A DNA stretch of 62,505 nt, filler included, from Diploschistes diacapsis (GCA_023645945.1; 12 parts of 12 records of this genome joined end to end with filler, not necessarily neighbours in it); one strand, 5' to 3'. Numbered from the whole stretch's first letter, positions 36,734 to 48,778 are shown. Notes: a model not told the origin generated them from the sequence alone. Numbers and translations: made by a program.

Positions 36734-39700
36734 GACAGGTGTCATTGGGGTTTTCCACGGTGTCTCCACCATGGAGTCTATCAAAAGCAGACTTGATGGT
36801 GGCCAAGGCATCAGAGCCCACCGGTTCCCTGATGCACCCCGAATATTTAGAACCATTCTTCCTTCATCACCGCCGCGAGGTAAAGGTGAGGCGGTTGTAC
36901 TCCGTCGGACGCCTGGACTGCAACCAACAAGAATCATCCCGCGGAGACCTCCCGGCATTTCGTGATTCGACAAACTCTTGCCGGAGAAACTTCCAAGTAT
37001 CCATGGGACCCCTTCCATCACTTCTTGCTCGGGCGACCTTTTCGTCACCGAGATTGATTCACATTGCATTCATTCTGGAAGAACTGCGTTTCACAAGATT
37101 TTCAAAAACACGTACTTTTCATTTAACTTTCTCGCGCTCTGTTTTACAAATCATGTACGTTCGTCCACATCTCGATTTGTTTTAAAGCTTGGGGGGAAGC
37201 CTCACGGTGGCCCCGGCTGTTGCGTTTTGTTGTTTTTTGTCGATCGCTTTGAAACTTGGAACCTAGAATGTCTCGTTTTCCTTGCGTATGAGATAGTGGC
37301 GAGGAGGGAGTTAGGTAGCTAAATTGGATATACATGTTACTTGCCTTGGTGATTGAATTGTTCCAATTGAATCGATCAAGGTTGATGATACTAGCCGAGT
37401 TCGTAGAAAATTACATGGAATATGCGATCTTACTACCACGAAAAAACCCTGTCTCTTATATCTGGACGAAAGCCTCTCCAGTGGAGGAAAAACCTAGGTA
37501 GAGCACGTCAGGTGGAGGGGGGGGGGAGGATGAGGGCCGAAGGTTTTCCGCACATGGGAAACTGCATTGCATAGACAAGGGGGGCGACGTATTTTCACTT
37601 CAGCTAGGACAGGGACACTTTCCAGGGAGATCGGTTTCTTTCTCAATCCTTTCGAAAAGACGCCAGAGCAAAGAGAGAAGCATTGAGTTCTACCCGAACA
37701 TAGCAACAAGTCCTCGATGGAAACGCGCACCAGTTAAGCGAGAACGGCCACCTTTACGGAAACTGGAGAGGAAGGGCCGGGGTTTACCTTGCCTTTGTCC
37801 CTGGGAGAAAGTGGGCTTGGGGCGTTTTTTTGGCCCCACCCTTTTTTGGGATACAAGGAGACTTGGGGGTTTCTGTTGCCGGATGTCTTCCCAAGAACAA
37901 CGAGGCGTGATAAGGGCAGTGTGGCAGTTTCCAAGGCAGATAGGTGGAGTTGTAACTTGGAAGGAAGGCGGCGTCCGCAGTTCTGTTGGACACTCGGCTT
38001 GCGAACTGCGTGATGCAGCTGCAGCAGGAGGATGAGTAGGAGCAGGAACAGGAGCAGGAGCGGCAATAAGATTAGCTACAGGAGCAACAAAAAAATAGTC
38101 ATTGTGGTGAAGTTTTGGCCATCCGGAATTTTCTCGCTCAGATTGTCGCCCTCTCGGGTGTCGATGAATTAGGAATCAAGAGGGCGAGAATATAGCCCAT
38201 GTCTGTGAGCAGCTACATCCAGGTGCATTTAGTGGGCCGTGCATGTTGCCTTGCATTGTACATGATAATAGCTTCTATGGCCATGACAGTCGATTTCATC
38301 TGGGCCTGGAGCTGCATCTCGCAGGTCAGCTGAAGTAACGAACGACATAGATTAAGGTGCGATTGGCAACGGAAGAGGAAGCGCCTGTGCGAGCAATGTA
38401 AGCCGGAGAGGGCGGGAGAGGACGGGAGAGAGCTGAGGAGACCGTTAGTAGAGGGCGTAGTAAGCAACAGAGACTGTCTAGAGGGCGGGCGTGGTAAGAG
38501 GCGGAGGATGTCAAGAGGGCGGTTTATTAGGTCCCAGCCATGTGGCTAACTGAGCACGCCAAGCCGAGTTCTAAGCGCGCCCAAGGGCTGGAATAGGCCA
38601 ACGGTTATGACAGCTGCTTTACCCATAGGATGAGTGTAACCAACCACCACAAGTATGGCTTGTGCTTTCCTCATAACATGATATGGATTGAACTCCAATT
38701 GCCGACAGTTAGATGATGCCGTTAAATAATTCAATGGTTAAGCATTGTGACTGCGGCGTAGTTCCATGGTTGGGACGTTATCCTGCCTCGGTCATCGGGA
38801 ACGGCTTCTCTAAACGGAAGCGGTATGCAAAAGGGACTTATGCTGGAAGGCGTCTAGTCCTAAGCTTCAGCACAGAATAGATGCTCAAGGCGAATCAGGC
38901 GAATCTTTCGTGATAGGCACCCACGCCCTCTGCGGTATTGGAATAAACTGTGCCCAGGACCTATTGACGCAATCACAATCACAATCACAGTCACGACAGG
39001 CTGGACATGTCATTTTCGTACCTGCTCTATGTTGCTTTATACCACGATTGTTAAACTCTTGGTGCTGGCAAAGGTCTTCGACATCGGACGAACAATATGA
39101 GGCTTGAAATCTAGCTTCGAGTATATGAGCAGACCTCTCCGGTTCAAATGAACTCACTCTCTGTGCTGTTAAGCGCCACTTGATGTGGAACCAAGTCACT
39201 CCGCCGCAGAGGGCGCAGAGCTGGGATCAGTGTCAAGCTGTCGTGTAAAGCTTCCTTTAGATTGGCTGACTTCACAATAGTCGCCACTCCATCAGAGGGC
39301 GCTCCTGATTATGGTAGAGCTCTGGAGGGGGCGTCAGTGGTGCGTTAGTACATCTTGTCGTTCCAAAGCATGTGCGTTACGGCTTCGTCCAGGAAGTGTC
39401 GGGCTTCTCATCTCAGGCGAGTTAAATTGGGATCTACGGGAGGGCTGAAGCTTTGCGATTTTACCTTTTTCTTAAGAAGGGCCACTTGGCTGCCGACTCC
39501 CATGTTTTGGCCTGAGCAATTTACCTTTTTCTCGCGCCGCGATTCCATACAGTACCATCAATCCCACCTCATATCAGGCCATCAAAGTTCAAGCCCCTAT
39601 TGATTAGCTCTCATGATCTTCGGTCGACATCTCGGAAAGGCACCTTCGGCTTTCCATCCTCAAGAAATTCTTGTTGACTTCTGTCAGTTCTCCACATCCT

Positions 39701-39734
39701 TTACTAAATTATGGCACACAGTTCGCTACCCACC

Positions 39735-40783
39735 ATGGATTTCGAATACTGGTGCTCAGACTGCCATTCAAGTCGCGAAGGCGTTTGCCTGCATCACCTG
39801 ACCAACTTCATCCCACCCACTTTTAGGATGAACGGCGGATGTAGCTCTAGTGAGATATATACTTGCCAATCACAAGGACGCCAGATTCCGCAAGAAGAGT
39901 TGATTGTTTTGACTAGCGAGGGCTTGACTAGCTCTAACTTTGAGACTGGTGTTGAAAGTGAACAGCCCCAAGCTGAGGGGTCTTGCTTGAGATGCCCTTC
40001 AACAGGGTCACGTGGAGAAACGCACAATTCCGAACACAATCGGCGCTCTTATCAACACGTCCCAGCATTAAAGGGACGTGACGTACTTGAACAACGATCA
40101 TCTGAGACAGGAAAAGCCCAGCAGGCGCTTGCAAAATTCTGTGGTATTTGTGGAAGGAGCTTCAAAAGAAAACATGACTTAGCCCGGCATCGTAAGAGCC
40201 ATCAGCCTCATAAATCGATGTACTGCGGCTGCTGCGATAACGCATGTAAAGCAAATCAACACGGATCAGGCCAAGGATACGGGACTGATCGAAAGGACCA
40301 TCTTAAACAGCATCTTCGGAAGGGCAAACACAAGGTCTTGTCAAAATCCCTACCTTACGAATGCCTGGTAGAGAAGCGTGAAGGGGTCACTGAATTTGCA
40401 TTTAGCTCCGTTCATTGTCTGCTTGAGCACATGCAGCGATATCACCCCAAAGACCCTTCAATCCATAGGATCATGGGTAAGTTCTGGCCTCTCTGCAACA
40501 AACCAAATGCTCATTGGTATTAGATGAAGCGGCTGAGGCGAACCCACACAATGAGCAGTCGACTTGCAGGTGCAATTGGAGGCGCCTACTCCCAACTCTT
40601 GTGGCCAACAGTCATATGCAGGGAAACGAAAGGTTCAATTCCAGCCAGAGCAGTTCTTCAGAGGCACCTCCAATTGGTGATGTCTGGTATCTACCACAGG
40701 CAGCACTGGCAGTCGCGGAGCCTTTAACACATGCCGATATGATTGACCAAAGACTTCGCCGAGGTCCTGATAGCTATCGTTAG
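39735..40783 (+). CDS. C2H2 zinc-finger protein, paralog of the zinc-finger module at 33550-33845; exons 39735-40476, 40524-40783 (~333 aa)
   Basis: CACCATGG start. CGICGRSFKRKHDLARHRKSH, CGCC..RKDHLKQHLRKGKH, C..FSSVHCLLEHMQRYH. Intron GTAAGT..GCTCAT..TAG. Confidence 0.78.
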
Positions 40784-40950
40784 GGGAAGTCATGCCCGCG
40801 ATTGGCTGAAACCGCCAACAAGAACCGTCACGACAGCAATTGTCTCTTGTATTTTATACAACCAAAGGTATTTGGCTTTGGGGAGGAAAACGGGAGTCAC
40901 TTGAGGGGAATGTTGATTGGGCTGAGCATGAATTGAACGTATACGTTTTG

Positions 40951-40999
40951 ACGGCTTTTCCACGGCTTTTCCACGGCTTTTCCACGACTTTTCCACGGC
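40951..40999 (+). repeat. 11-bp tandem repeat (CCACGGCTTTT) x~4
   Basis: acggcttttc cacggctttt ccacggcttt tccacgactt ttccacggc. Confidence 0.85.
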
Positions 41000-41138
41000 G
41001 CTGCCGAGGTGTATTGGTCTTTGTGGGTTTGTTCTTATCGGGCTGTCCTAGTTGTTTGGATCATCGATAGTGAGGCTACCCTGAATTTAGTCATGGCTGG
41101 GACAGAAGTCTAGCTTTGTAAGGCTGAAGGAGTACCAT

Positions 41139-41518
41139 AACTCCGGAGCAGGTACTGTGCCGATCTTTCTTCATACAAAATTTGTTGCTTACACTTTAAG
41201 TTGGGTCCCATACAAATTTGTATAAATAGCTGTCATGTGACATAAATGTAAGTCATACGACAGCGATACCACAGCAATACCCAATTATTTGTATTCTGAT
41301 TTTTAACATCTCTCCGTACATTATTAAAGCTCTTATTAAAAGCTTAATGCGTCGCTTTTCAGGCTATCTAGATCATCAATATCCAGATAACCTTTCTTGC
41401 GACAGCGTCAGCTGTGGGCTCGTATATGCATACAAATTTTACTATGGGAACTGGATAACAGCTTGGGCAGACACACTATATGCACTGAAAAGAGCGGTGC
41501 AGTACCTGCTCCGGAGTT
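41139..41518. mobile_element. Old MITE / foldback element, ~380 bp
   Basis: Perfect 19-bp terminal inverted repeat AACTCCGGAGCAGGTACTG (41139-41157) / CAGTACCTGCTCCGGAGTT (41500-41518), further degenerate inverted similarity inward (~41206-41224 vs ~41429-41451), and AT-rich interior. No clean TSD. Confidence 0.65.
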
Positions 41519-41757
41519 CAAACTGCATTCTTTCCTCCAAGAGGACCAAGACACACTCATCCAACAGAGCAGAATCCCCGGATGCATGGCATACCCGACT
41601 GTTCTTCCATCTGCGGGGGGGACTTTTTGGCCGATGGCTAAACTCTGACTGGGGATAGCAGCTGGCGTGGCCTCACGCTATATTGCTAGGATCAGCAAGT
41701 CCAGGGGTTTCTCATCTTAGCAACTTGTACCGTTCTGATATAACGTCCCAGACCGGT

Positions 41758-41777
41758 AGAGAGAGAGAGAGAGAGAG
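41758..41777 (+). repeat. (AG)n microsatellite
   Basis: agagagagagagagagagag. Confidence 0.9.
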
Positions 41778-42164
41778 GAAGGGAGGACAAAAGGAAAGGC
41801 AGGGAAAGGTTAAAATAGTGGGGCGGACATACAACGGGATATGATTGGTGGCTCAATGCTTTGCGCAATTATGTTGTATGAGAAACTACTAATCCCTTTT
41901 TGGTTTTTGGGTATCCGTAACCAACAAGGGATTAGTATCTATATGTAGGTTCGATAAGGAGCAAAAAAGCTTGCCAAGCCTCATTTGTGCAAAGATTTTG
42001 TTGTTTACAATGGAATCGAAAAACACATAGAGGGTATATACAAAACACTCCTCCCAAGCCTTAGCTATTCATTCGTTCCCCAAGGCATTGGGAACTTCTG
42101 ATCGGAGCACTGTTCACCATCTACGAGTGTAGAATCTGCCGAGATATATGATTCGGTGCCCTCA

Positions 42165-43895
42165 TCACTGACCTTTCTTTTCCATGGCTATTACATCGTC
42201 CTTCCGCCCTTTAAAGCCTACAACCCAAAGCTTCCAAACTACCCAGAGCCAGCCGAGCACAACCACTAATCCTGTTCCCCCTTCCACCCATCCTTTCCTC
42301 ATTCCGACCCAGCCCGCATCTAGCACCGGGACCGAGATTTTCTCGATTAGTGCACGCGTAGCTCCAGTTGAACCGTTCATTCTCGGTGTCAAGTGATAGA
42401 ATACAGTATCCGTCCCAAACAATCCGTCATATCCAACGACGGTACGATCAAAAGGGTTGGTCGTCATTTTGCTTCCATCCTCTGCAGCACAGGCCCAAAA
42501 AACGACGGGCCACGGAAACATGGTTTCTGCTATGCCGCTTTTACCAGTGTTGGGGGAGAGGTATCGAAGATGAAGTGGAACGGTAGCATGCCATTGTTGT
42601 AGATGTCTTTCCGTTGCACGACCGATAGGTTTTTTGGGTGGGTCCAGTTCAACCAGCATGCTAGAGCCCCATGCTTCTACGGCATAGTCGGGAGCCTCGA
42701 GATCGGTATATCCGGAGATGGAGCGGATAGCGCGGAGATTGAGGTCTTTCAGTAAGAGTGGATTGGCGAGCTGGTATTTGTCTGGAAATAGAGTAGAAGG
42801 CAGCGTGAGATATGCATGCAAAGAGCAGGTTTCTGGATAGACCGCGAAGGATGGTACTGAAGAGCTGATATCTAGACGGAGCTGGGGATGAAGACCGGTC
42901 GGCTCAAGGAATGAAGTAGTGTATGTCGAGCTTGAGCCGGGCTGAGTACTGCTATCTTGCGATGAGGGATGGTGTCGAGATAGGAAAGAGAACAGCGTAG
43001 GCTCTGCCATCTATATCAAACATAGAACAAGCTATAGCTGAGCATAACTTACTGGGTCTGTCATCTTCGCCGACAACAGCAAGAAAGCCGCCCAGCTTCA
43101 GCTGCTCCGGCTCGGTAGCAACCTCTGGTGCTAGCACTCCAATCTCCAGCTTGGCATCACCAATTCTCTCAAGGCCTTCGTTCCATCTCCCATCAGCTTT
43201 GGGCGACTGATGCCGATAGGTCCCAAGTACCAACTTCTGCGACACCGAGTCGTAGTCGACATCAAGGTAATCGGCTGAATCTGCTAACCGAGCCCTTGCC
43301 AGGCACTGGGGGTCTTTTGAGGCGCATAGTTTCTCAGTTATATGCGTTGAGAAGTCTTCTAAGGAAGGTAGAAGCTGGTAGTATTGAAAAGATGCAGAGT
43401 TTGAGAAGCGCTCAGGCACCGCCGAAGTCGGTGTAAAGGTCCGCTTTCGTCGGTGTCAGATGCAACTCAAACTGCAAGCGGATATTATACTTCAGGCGAG
43501 AAGCATTTGAGGTTTTCCCCAAATAGCTTTCTAATCAGAGGACAGACAAGATTATCTGGCCGATTCGCGTGCGGCGTGAAAGATATGTGCAGACCGGGAG
43601 ATATTCGTGCATTGAACGGGGAAAGCAAAGGATATAGCCTGGGAGAACTCCAGCGGATGTGCAGCTCATGACATTGCTTCAAGGCGCGCCATATCTACAG
43701 TTATCGGTCAGTGCAATCTTGATGAGAACTGCATGCTTGCCGTACTTCCTGTGGCAGTTCTTCAAAGTTAAAAGTCAAGCGATCTTCTCGAGCTGCCTCA
43801 AGTCCAGTGACATGAAGAGAATCTTTCGCAACTTGCAATTGCTTTTGATCAAATTGGGCATCTCCTCCATGAATGAACGTAATTCTTTCTCTCAT
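42165..43895 (-). CDS. PBN1: PIG-X/Pbn1 GPI-mannosyltransferase I subunit (4 exons)
   Basis: MRERITF start, AAREDRLTF, SPGLHISFTP, PTLFSF, FLEPTGLHP, LFPDKYQL, DLEAPDY, VPLHLRY, NPFDR..GYDGLFG and a C-terminal TM. ORF pieces are separated by GT..AG introns. Confidence 0.93.
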
Positions 43896-44216
43896 CTTGC
43901 AACATTATGTACAGATAGTACTGACAACTCGTACCTACTGAACTAGCTTGACTGTAAAAGTATCTCAACCATAGAGTTAGTTCCCAGCGCCACAAGGAGC
44001 TATGACCAACGCTTAAGGCTATTTAATGCCAAGGCCGTGGGCGTTCTCAGCCGAAGAAGCAACACGCTGCGCCCGCTCGGCAAAAGCTACGTGGTCACAA
44101 GCAACACCTTAAAGATTCCCAATGGCACTTTACTGCTGCTTCACGAGCTCCCAAAGCTCTTGAGCATTTAGAAAACAGACTCCTTGTCCTCACCAGAAGC
44201 TCAGAACCCGCGCAGT

Positions 44217-45218
44217 ATGCACGTCAGCACAGCTCTTTCAGCCTCCCTCTCCCCCCTTCTCCTCCTCTCCTCCCTAACAACCACCACCCTCGCCGCCCGC
44301 TCCGACCGCATCCTCCTCTCCAAAGTCTCCGCCATCACTCTCCATGCCGACCGCCAGACCGCCCACCGCCGTGTCCCACCAATCCCTCAGGTACCCCTCC
44401 TTCTCCTTCTCCATCTCCATCTTCCTCCCTTTCCCTCTCCTCCACCACCCAAACCCTCCTGAACTAACAATCCCCTCCACTCCCACAGCTATCCTGCCTA
44501 ACGCCCCATACCTGCGCCCTCTACACCATCCCCACCCTCCGATGCCGCAACGCCGGCACCTCCTACTCGGCCGAGGACATCGAATGGACCTGCACGGCGC
44601 CGCTCCCGCCCGAATTCAAGCTCGGCAGCACAGACGTCATCTGCGAAGGCTACTCCGGGCCCGACGATCCGTACGTGCTCAAGGGCAGCTGCGGGGTGGA
44701 GTACACGCTTGCGCTGACGGAGGTCGGGGAGCGGAAGTTCGGCGATCGGCTGGCGCGGGGCGCTGCGAGCGACAAGAGAAACAGAGGCGGAGAGAGGAGG
44801 ACGGGAGGACGGGAATACGGGGCCGGGGCTGATGATGATGATTACGACGGTACCAGTAGCAGCAGCAGCAGCAGCAGCAGCAGCGCAGGAACCCGGCGCT
44901 CGCGGCTCGCGGTGCTCGGCTTCTGGGGCCTATTCGTGGGCGTGGTGCTGTGGATGGCATACGGTGCGTTTTTGCGCCGTCGTCGCAGCGCGCGCGGAAG
45001 CCAGCAGATCGTTCCAAGGGGTCCTGGTGGCGGCGGCGGCGGCGGAGGCGGAGGCGATAACGATAACCCGCCGCCGTACGACTACCCCCGCTCGCCGTTC
45101 TCGCTGTTTTCGCCGCAGAAGACGGATTTCTGGTCGGCGGCAACGGGAGGGCAGGCGCGGCAGGGGGGAGCTGCGGGAGGTTGGAGGAGTCCGGGGTTCT
45201 GGACGGGCGCGCCCGCCC
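44217..45218 (+). CDS. SARAF/TMEM66 (DUF1183)-like ER membrane protein, 3' end truncated by contig end; exons 44217-44390, 44489->45218
   Basis: Signal peptide, RRVPPIPQ|LSC...RCRNAG...DIEWTCTAPLPPEFKLGSTDVICEGY..PDDPYVLKGSCGVEY, TM helix, Gly-rich PPPY, GFWTG. Divergent from PBN1 (~320 bp apart). Confidence 0.88.
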
Positions 45219-45318
45219 NNNNNNNNNNNNNNNNNNNNNNNNNNNNNNNNNNNNNNNNNNNNTTAATTAATTAANNNNNNNNNNNNNNNNNNNNNNNNNN
45301 NNNNNNNNNNNNNNNNNN
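45219..45318. other. Artificial contig linker
   Basis: N44-TTAATTAATTAA-N44. Confidence 0.97.
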
Positions 45319-45617
45319 GTTTTATTATTATTTTATTTTTTAATAAATATAATCGGCCCTTTATTAATTACTTCGACGAGAATTTTAAGTTCTTTCTTAT
45401 TACGATCCTTAAATGTTTTTCGAAGACGAGAAATATACGAATTATTATTTCGGGTATTAACCGCGAAAATAACCGTCTTATTACGATTTTTTATTTTTAG
45501 ATAACGATCGAATGTATATAATTCATCCTTTATTTCCCGTATCGTCTCGAGATTCTTATTTAAGAAAACAGTTTAAAAACGATCGGCCAGCTTTTCTCTA
45601 ATATTTAACATTTAATC

Positions 45618-46299
45618 TAGGCTGGCCGTCACTGACACTGACACGGCCGTGTCAGTAACACGGACACTAACAGTGTCAGTGTCCGTATTTTAGATTTTTT
45701 AAACTGCGGTGTCCGTGTCCGTGGATTCATGGAAGTGCAGTGTCCGTATTAGTATCAGTATTTTAAAATTTTTAATTGCAGTGTCCGTGTCCCTAGATAC
45801 ACGGAAATGCAGTGTCCGTATCAATATCAATATTTTAAAATTTTTAATTGCGGTATCCGTGTCCGTGCTTTCACTGCAATACAGTGTCCGTGTCAGTATC
45901 CGTGCCGAGAAAATTTTTGCTGCGGTATCCGTATCAGTGACCGTGGTACGAAACGGCCAGCCTACTTTTAAATTTATTTTTTAATAATTCAAAAATATCA
46001 CGCTTATTTCTCACGCTTTGATTTTTTTAAAAAAAATTACACTACGGTGTTTCGATGAATTTACTACAATTATAACGTCCGTGTCAATATCAATGTTTTA
46101 AAATTTTTAAATACGGTCTCTGTGTCCGTGGATTTACGGAAATATAATATCCGTATCAATATCAATATTTTAAAATTTTCAATTACGGTATCCGTGTCCG
46201 TGCTTTTACTGCAATACAGTGTCCGTGTCAGTATCCGTGACGAGAAAATTTTTGCTGCTGTGTCCATATAAGTGACCGTGGAACGAAACGGCCAGCCTA
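45618..46299 (+). mobile_element. Non-autonomous TIR element (hAT-like MITE) with GTGTCCGT arrays; one left end and two right ends (45964, 46299)
   Basis: Starts TAGGCTGGCCGT; ACGAAACGGCCAGCCTA occurs at both 45964 and 46299; internal ~60-66-bp units. Confidence 0.8.
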
Positions 46300-46948
46300 T
46301 ATGAGCGTTATGGTCTTATTAAATTGGTTTCTAACATTTAAAACAGCGTTCAAATTATCTAAAGCCCTAAATAAAGCAAGAATAAAATTTAAAATTAACG
46401 TAAAGAAGAGGCGAGATGCAGTAAAATTAGCTATAAAACGCCCTATAGTTTATATTTTAGAATTTAGTTCGCCCAATATTGCGAGTAATATTCAATATAG
46501 GATCTTAATTTCTTAATTATTTCGAACATATAGACCTACTCGCTGAACCTTTTGTGATAACGATTAACCCTTGGGTAACCTAGATTATTGTACATTTATT
46601 CGAAAAACGTCTTTTCTAACGTTAATGATAGGATCAATCGATGCCCGTGTTTTATATCTACGAAGTAAAATAAATTTCCTTTAGTTTTAAAGGGCAGATT
46701 CGCTGCATTGATACCCAAGTTTTGATTATTTTGTAGGGATTCTATTGGCTTATTCCAGCGGGTTTCAGTTTTTTAGGCTTTAACTCTCCAGCCCTTCAGG
46801 ACAGGATGTAATTAAATAGTTAAAATAATGAAAAAATATATTATATTCAAATTCAACGCGTTTAAAATCGATTCGTTCTTTGTAGGCCTAAATTTTCTTC
46901 TCGTTGGTCGAGATAACGCATTCAGGATTATATTAGCTTTACCCGGTT
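46300..46948 (-). pseudogene. RIP-degraded Ty3/gypsy pol (RNase H end to integrase start)
   Basis: Minus-strand KPGKANIILNALSR (cf. KPGK..PDALSR), degenerate HHCC zinc-binding region and TLILNFILAL (cf. TITIDFILALP); many TAA/TAG. Confidence 0.7.
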
Positions 46949-47048
46949 NNNNNNNNNNNNNNNNNNNNNNNNNNNNNNNNNNNNNNNNNNNNTTAATTAA
47001 TTAANNNNNNNNNNNNNNNNNNNNNNNNNNNNNNNNNNNNNNNNNNNN
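46949..47048. other. Artificial contig linker
   Basis: N44-TTAATTAATTAA-N44. Confidence 0.97.
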
Positions 47049-47429
47049 ATCAAGCATATATCAAGACCTGTTAGCGTGTTCTTATATAAGAATAAAGTTT
47101 TTATAAATAGAAATAATTTTTTAGAAGTTATTTCATCAATACATCTATCGTCTAGCAGAGATCTAGCCACCGAATAGCCACTTATCTGCCTTATTGTCAC
47201 ACTGTAGTATTAGTCTTTACAGAATTATACTGGAATAATATTATTGAATCGATTCGATTAAATATATATTAAGACCCGTTAGCGTGTTCTTATATAAGAG
47301 TAGAGTTTTCGTAGATAGAGATAATTTTTTAAAAGTTATTTCATTAATACATCTATCGTCTAGCAGAGATCTAGCCACCGAATAGCCACTTATCTGCCTT
47401 ATTGTCACACTGTAGTATTAGCCTTTACA
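47049..47429 (-). repeat. Head-to-tail 208-bp tandem duplication, LTR-like (each unit begins TGTAAAG on minus strand)
   Basis: Units end ...TTTACA at 47221 and 47429; copies differ mainly by C/T and G/A transitions. Confidence 0.75.
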
Positions 47430-47763
47430 TTATTAAAATTAAAATAAAGGAAAGGACGGTAACGATTATAGCGGTAACGACGGCGAAGAACGCGACGAAA
47501 AAGACGGCGGCGATAAGATCTGCGAAAATATTAGCATAAGAATAGAAGAAAAAGGAAAGAAAGCAAGCAAAATAATAAAAAAAACAGACGAGAAAGGAGA
47601 AAAGAAGGGCAAAACATAAGGCGTGTAGGGCTGGCCAGCAACTAACAATGTCGCAAAAGGTTATTTAAATATTAATCATTTAGATAACTTAATAAGCGAT
47701 ATATTAAGCTCTGAAAAAGAGCTCTAAAATATATAGAAAAAAGGGAGTTTCAATAATAAGAAA

Positions 47764-47900
47764 TGTTATCACGTGACATGAATACTAAATGACTAATTTA
47801 GATGGAACCTAACTTAGCGTGTATGCAGATTAATTGTCAGCCCTACGAGGTTTGTATGGACGGGGTGGGGAACAGGTGGTGCTCCCGAATCGCCCTGAGA
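47764..47900 (+). mobile_element. Probable LTR terminus fragment
   Basis: Begins TGTTATCACGTGACA, relatively GC-rich, abuts a pogo left end. Confidence 0.4.
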
Positions 47901-48057
47901 ATTTAGAGCCTGTAGATAGTCGTTAATGTCCGATTCTAATAATATCGAGTTATTTCGATGCGAAGCGGCCATTGTCGAGAAAAACCGAAAGAATGATGAA
48001 TATCGCAATGTAAAGTGGCCGAGCTTTGGGGGTGGCCGAGCTGACCGTGAAACACGT
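47900..48057 (-). mobile_element. Left end of a Fot1/pogo-like DNA transposon (TIR plus start of transposase)
   Basis: TA + ACGTGTTTCACGGTCAGCTCGGCCACCCCCAAAGCTCGGCCAC, related to the TIRs at 56693 and 58578; ATG at 47972. Confidence 0.7.
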
Positions 48058-48059
48058 TA

Positions 48060-48678
48060 CCAAGAAAGGAGGTGACATTTGCCCTTTACAATCACCTACG
48101 GAGGCAGCGCATAACCGTCCGCGCAGATAACCTAGATAATTAAAACCCATTCTCGATTACCGGGTTGCTTCGTACGAGGTCTATTTTTGTAATCTGAAAT
48201 AATTACGACCTTTATATAGCTTAATATTCTTATAAGAAAGCCGGTTTCGTCGAAATTATAGATATTCGAATCGAGAATATTAGATTTATTAATCACGTTA
48301 CGTACGAGGTCGAATTAATTTCATACGACTCGTAGATTTTTAATTAATACTTTATCATAATCGATTTTACGTTAAAATCGTATTTTAAGCATTTTTTGCT
48401 TTCGTACGAAATTTTATGTTTATCGTGATCCGATCGGCCGCGTATTTCGAGTTACGCGCGTTGGATTAGTTATATCGCGTATATCATTCTATCGCGACGA
48501 GAAATTATGTTCGGTTAAATTAATCGTATGTTTAAGAATCGTTTTTTGTTTTAACATGATTAAATTTATTAAGTTAACTAAAATATCGCGTCGACCAATA
48601 AGCGTCGTACGAAGAACCTTATATATTTTAAATACGCGTTTTATATTAAGATTTAGGTCTTATTTAATAACTTAAAAT
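48060..48678 (-). pseudogene. RIP-degraded Fot1/pogo transposase (HTH-CENPB to DDE start), interrupted at a TA by the pogo end at 48057
   Basis: Minus-strand NIYNFDETGF ... KQPGNREWV ... ICADGYALPP*VIVKGKCHLLSW. Confidence 0.85.
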
Positions 48679-48778
48679 NNNNNNNNNNNNNNNNNNNNNN
48701 NNNNNNNNNNNNNNNNNNNNNNTTAATTAATTAANNNNNNNNNNNNNNNNNNNNNNNNNNNNNNNNNNNNNNNNNNNN
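48679..48778. other. Artificial contig linker
   Basis: N44-TTAATTAATTAA-N44. Confidence 0.97.

Noticed and set aside
37690..38180. ~160-codon stop-free minus-strand frame with APAPVPAP repeat
   Set aside because: No ATG or convincing splice partner; low complexity; cannot be supported as a gene.
41347..41658. 103-aa ORF
   Set aside because: Straddles the MITE boundary and is probably fortuitous.
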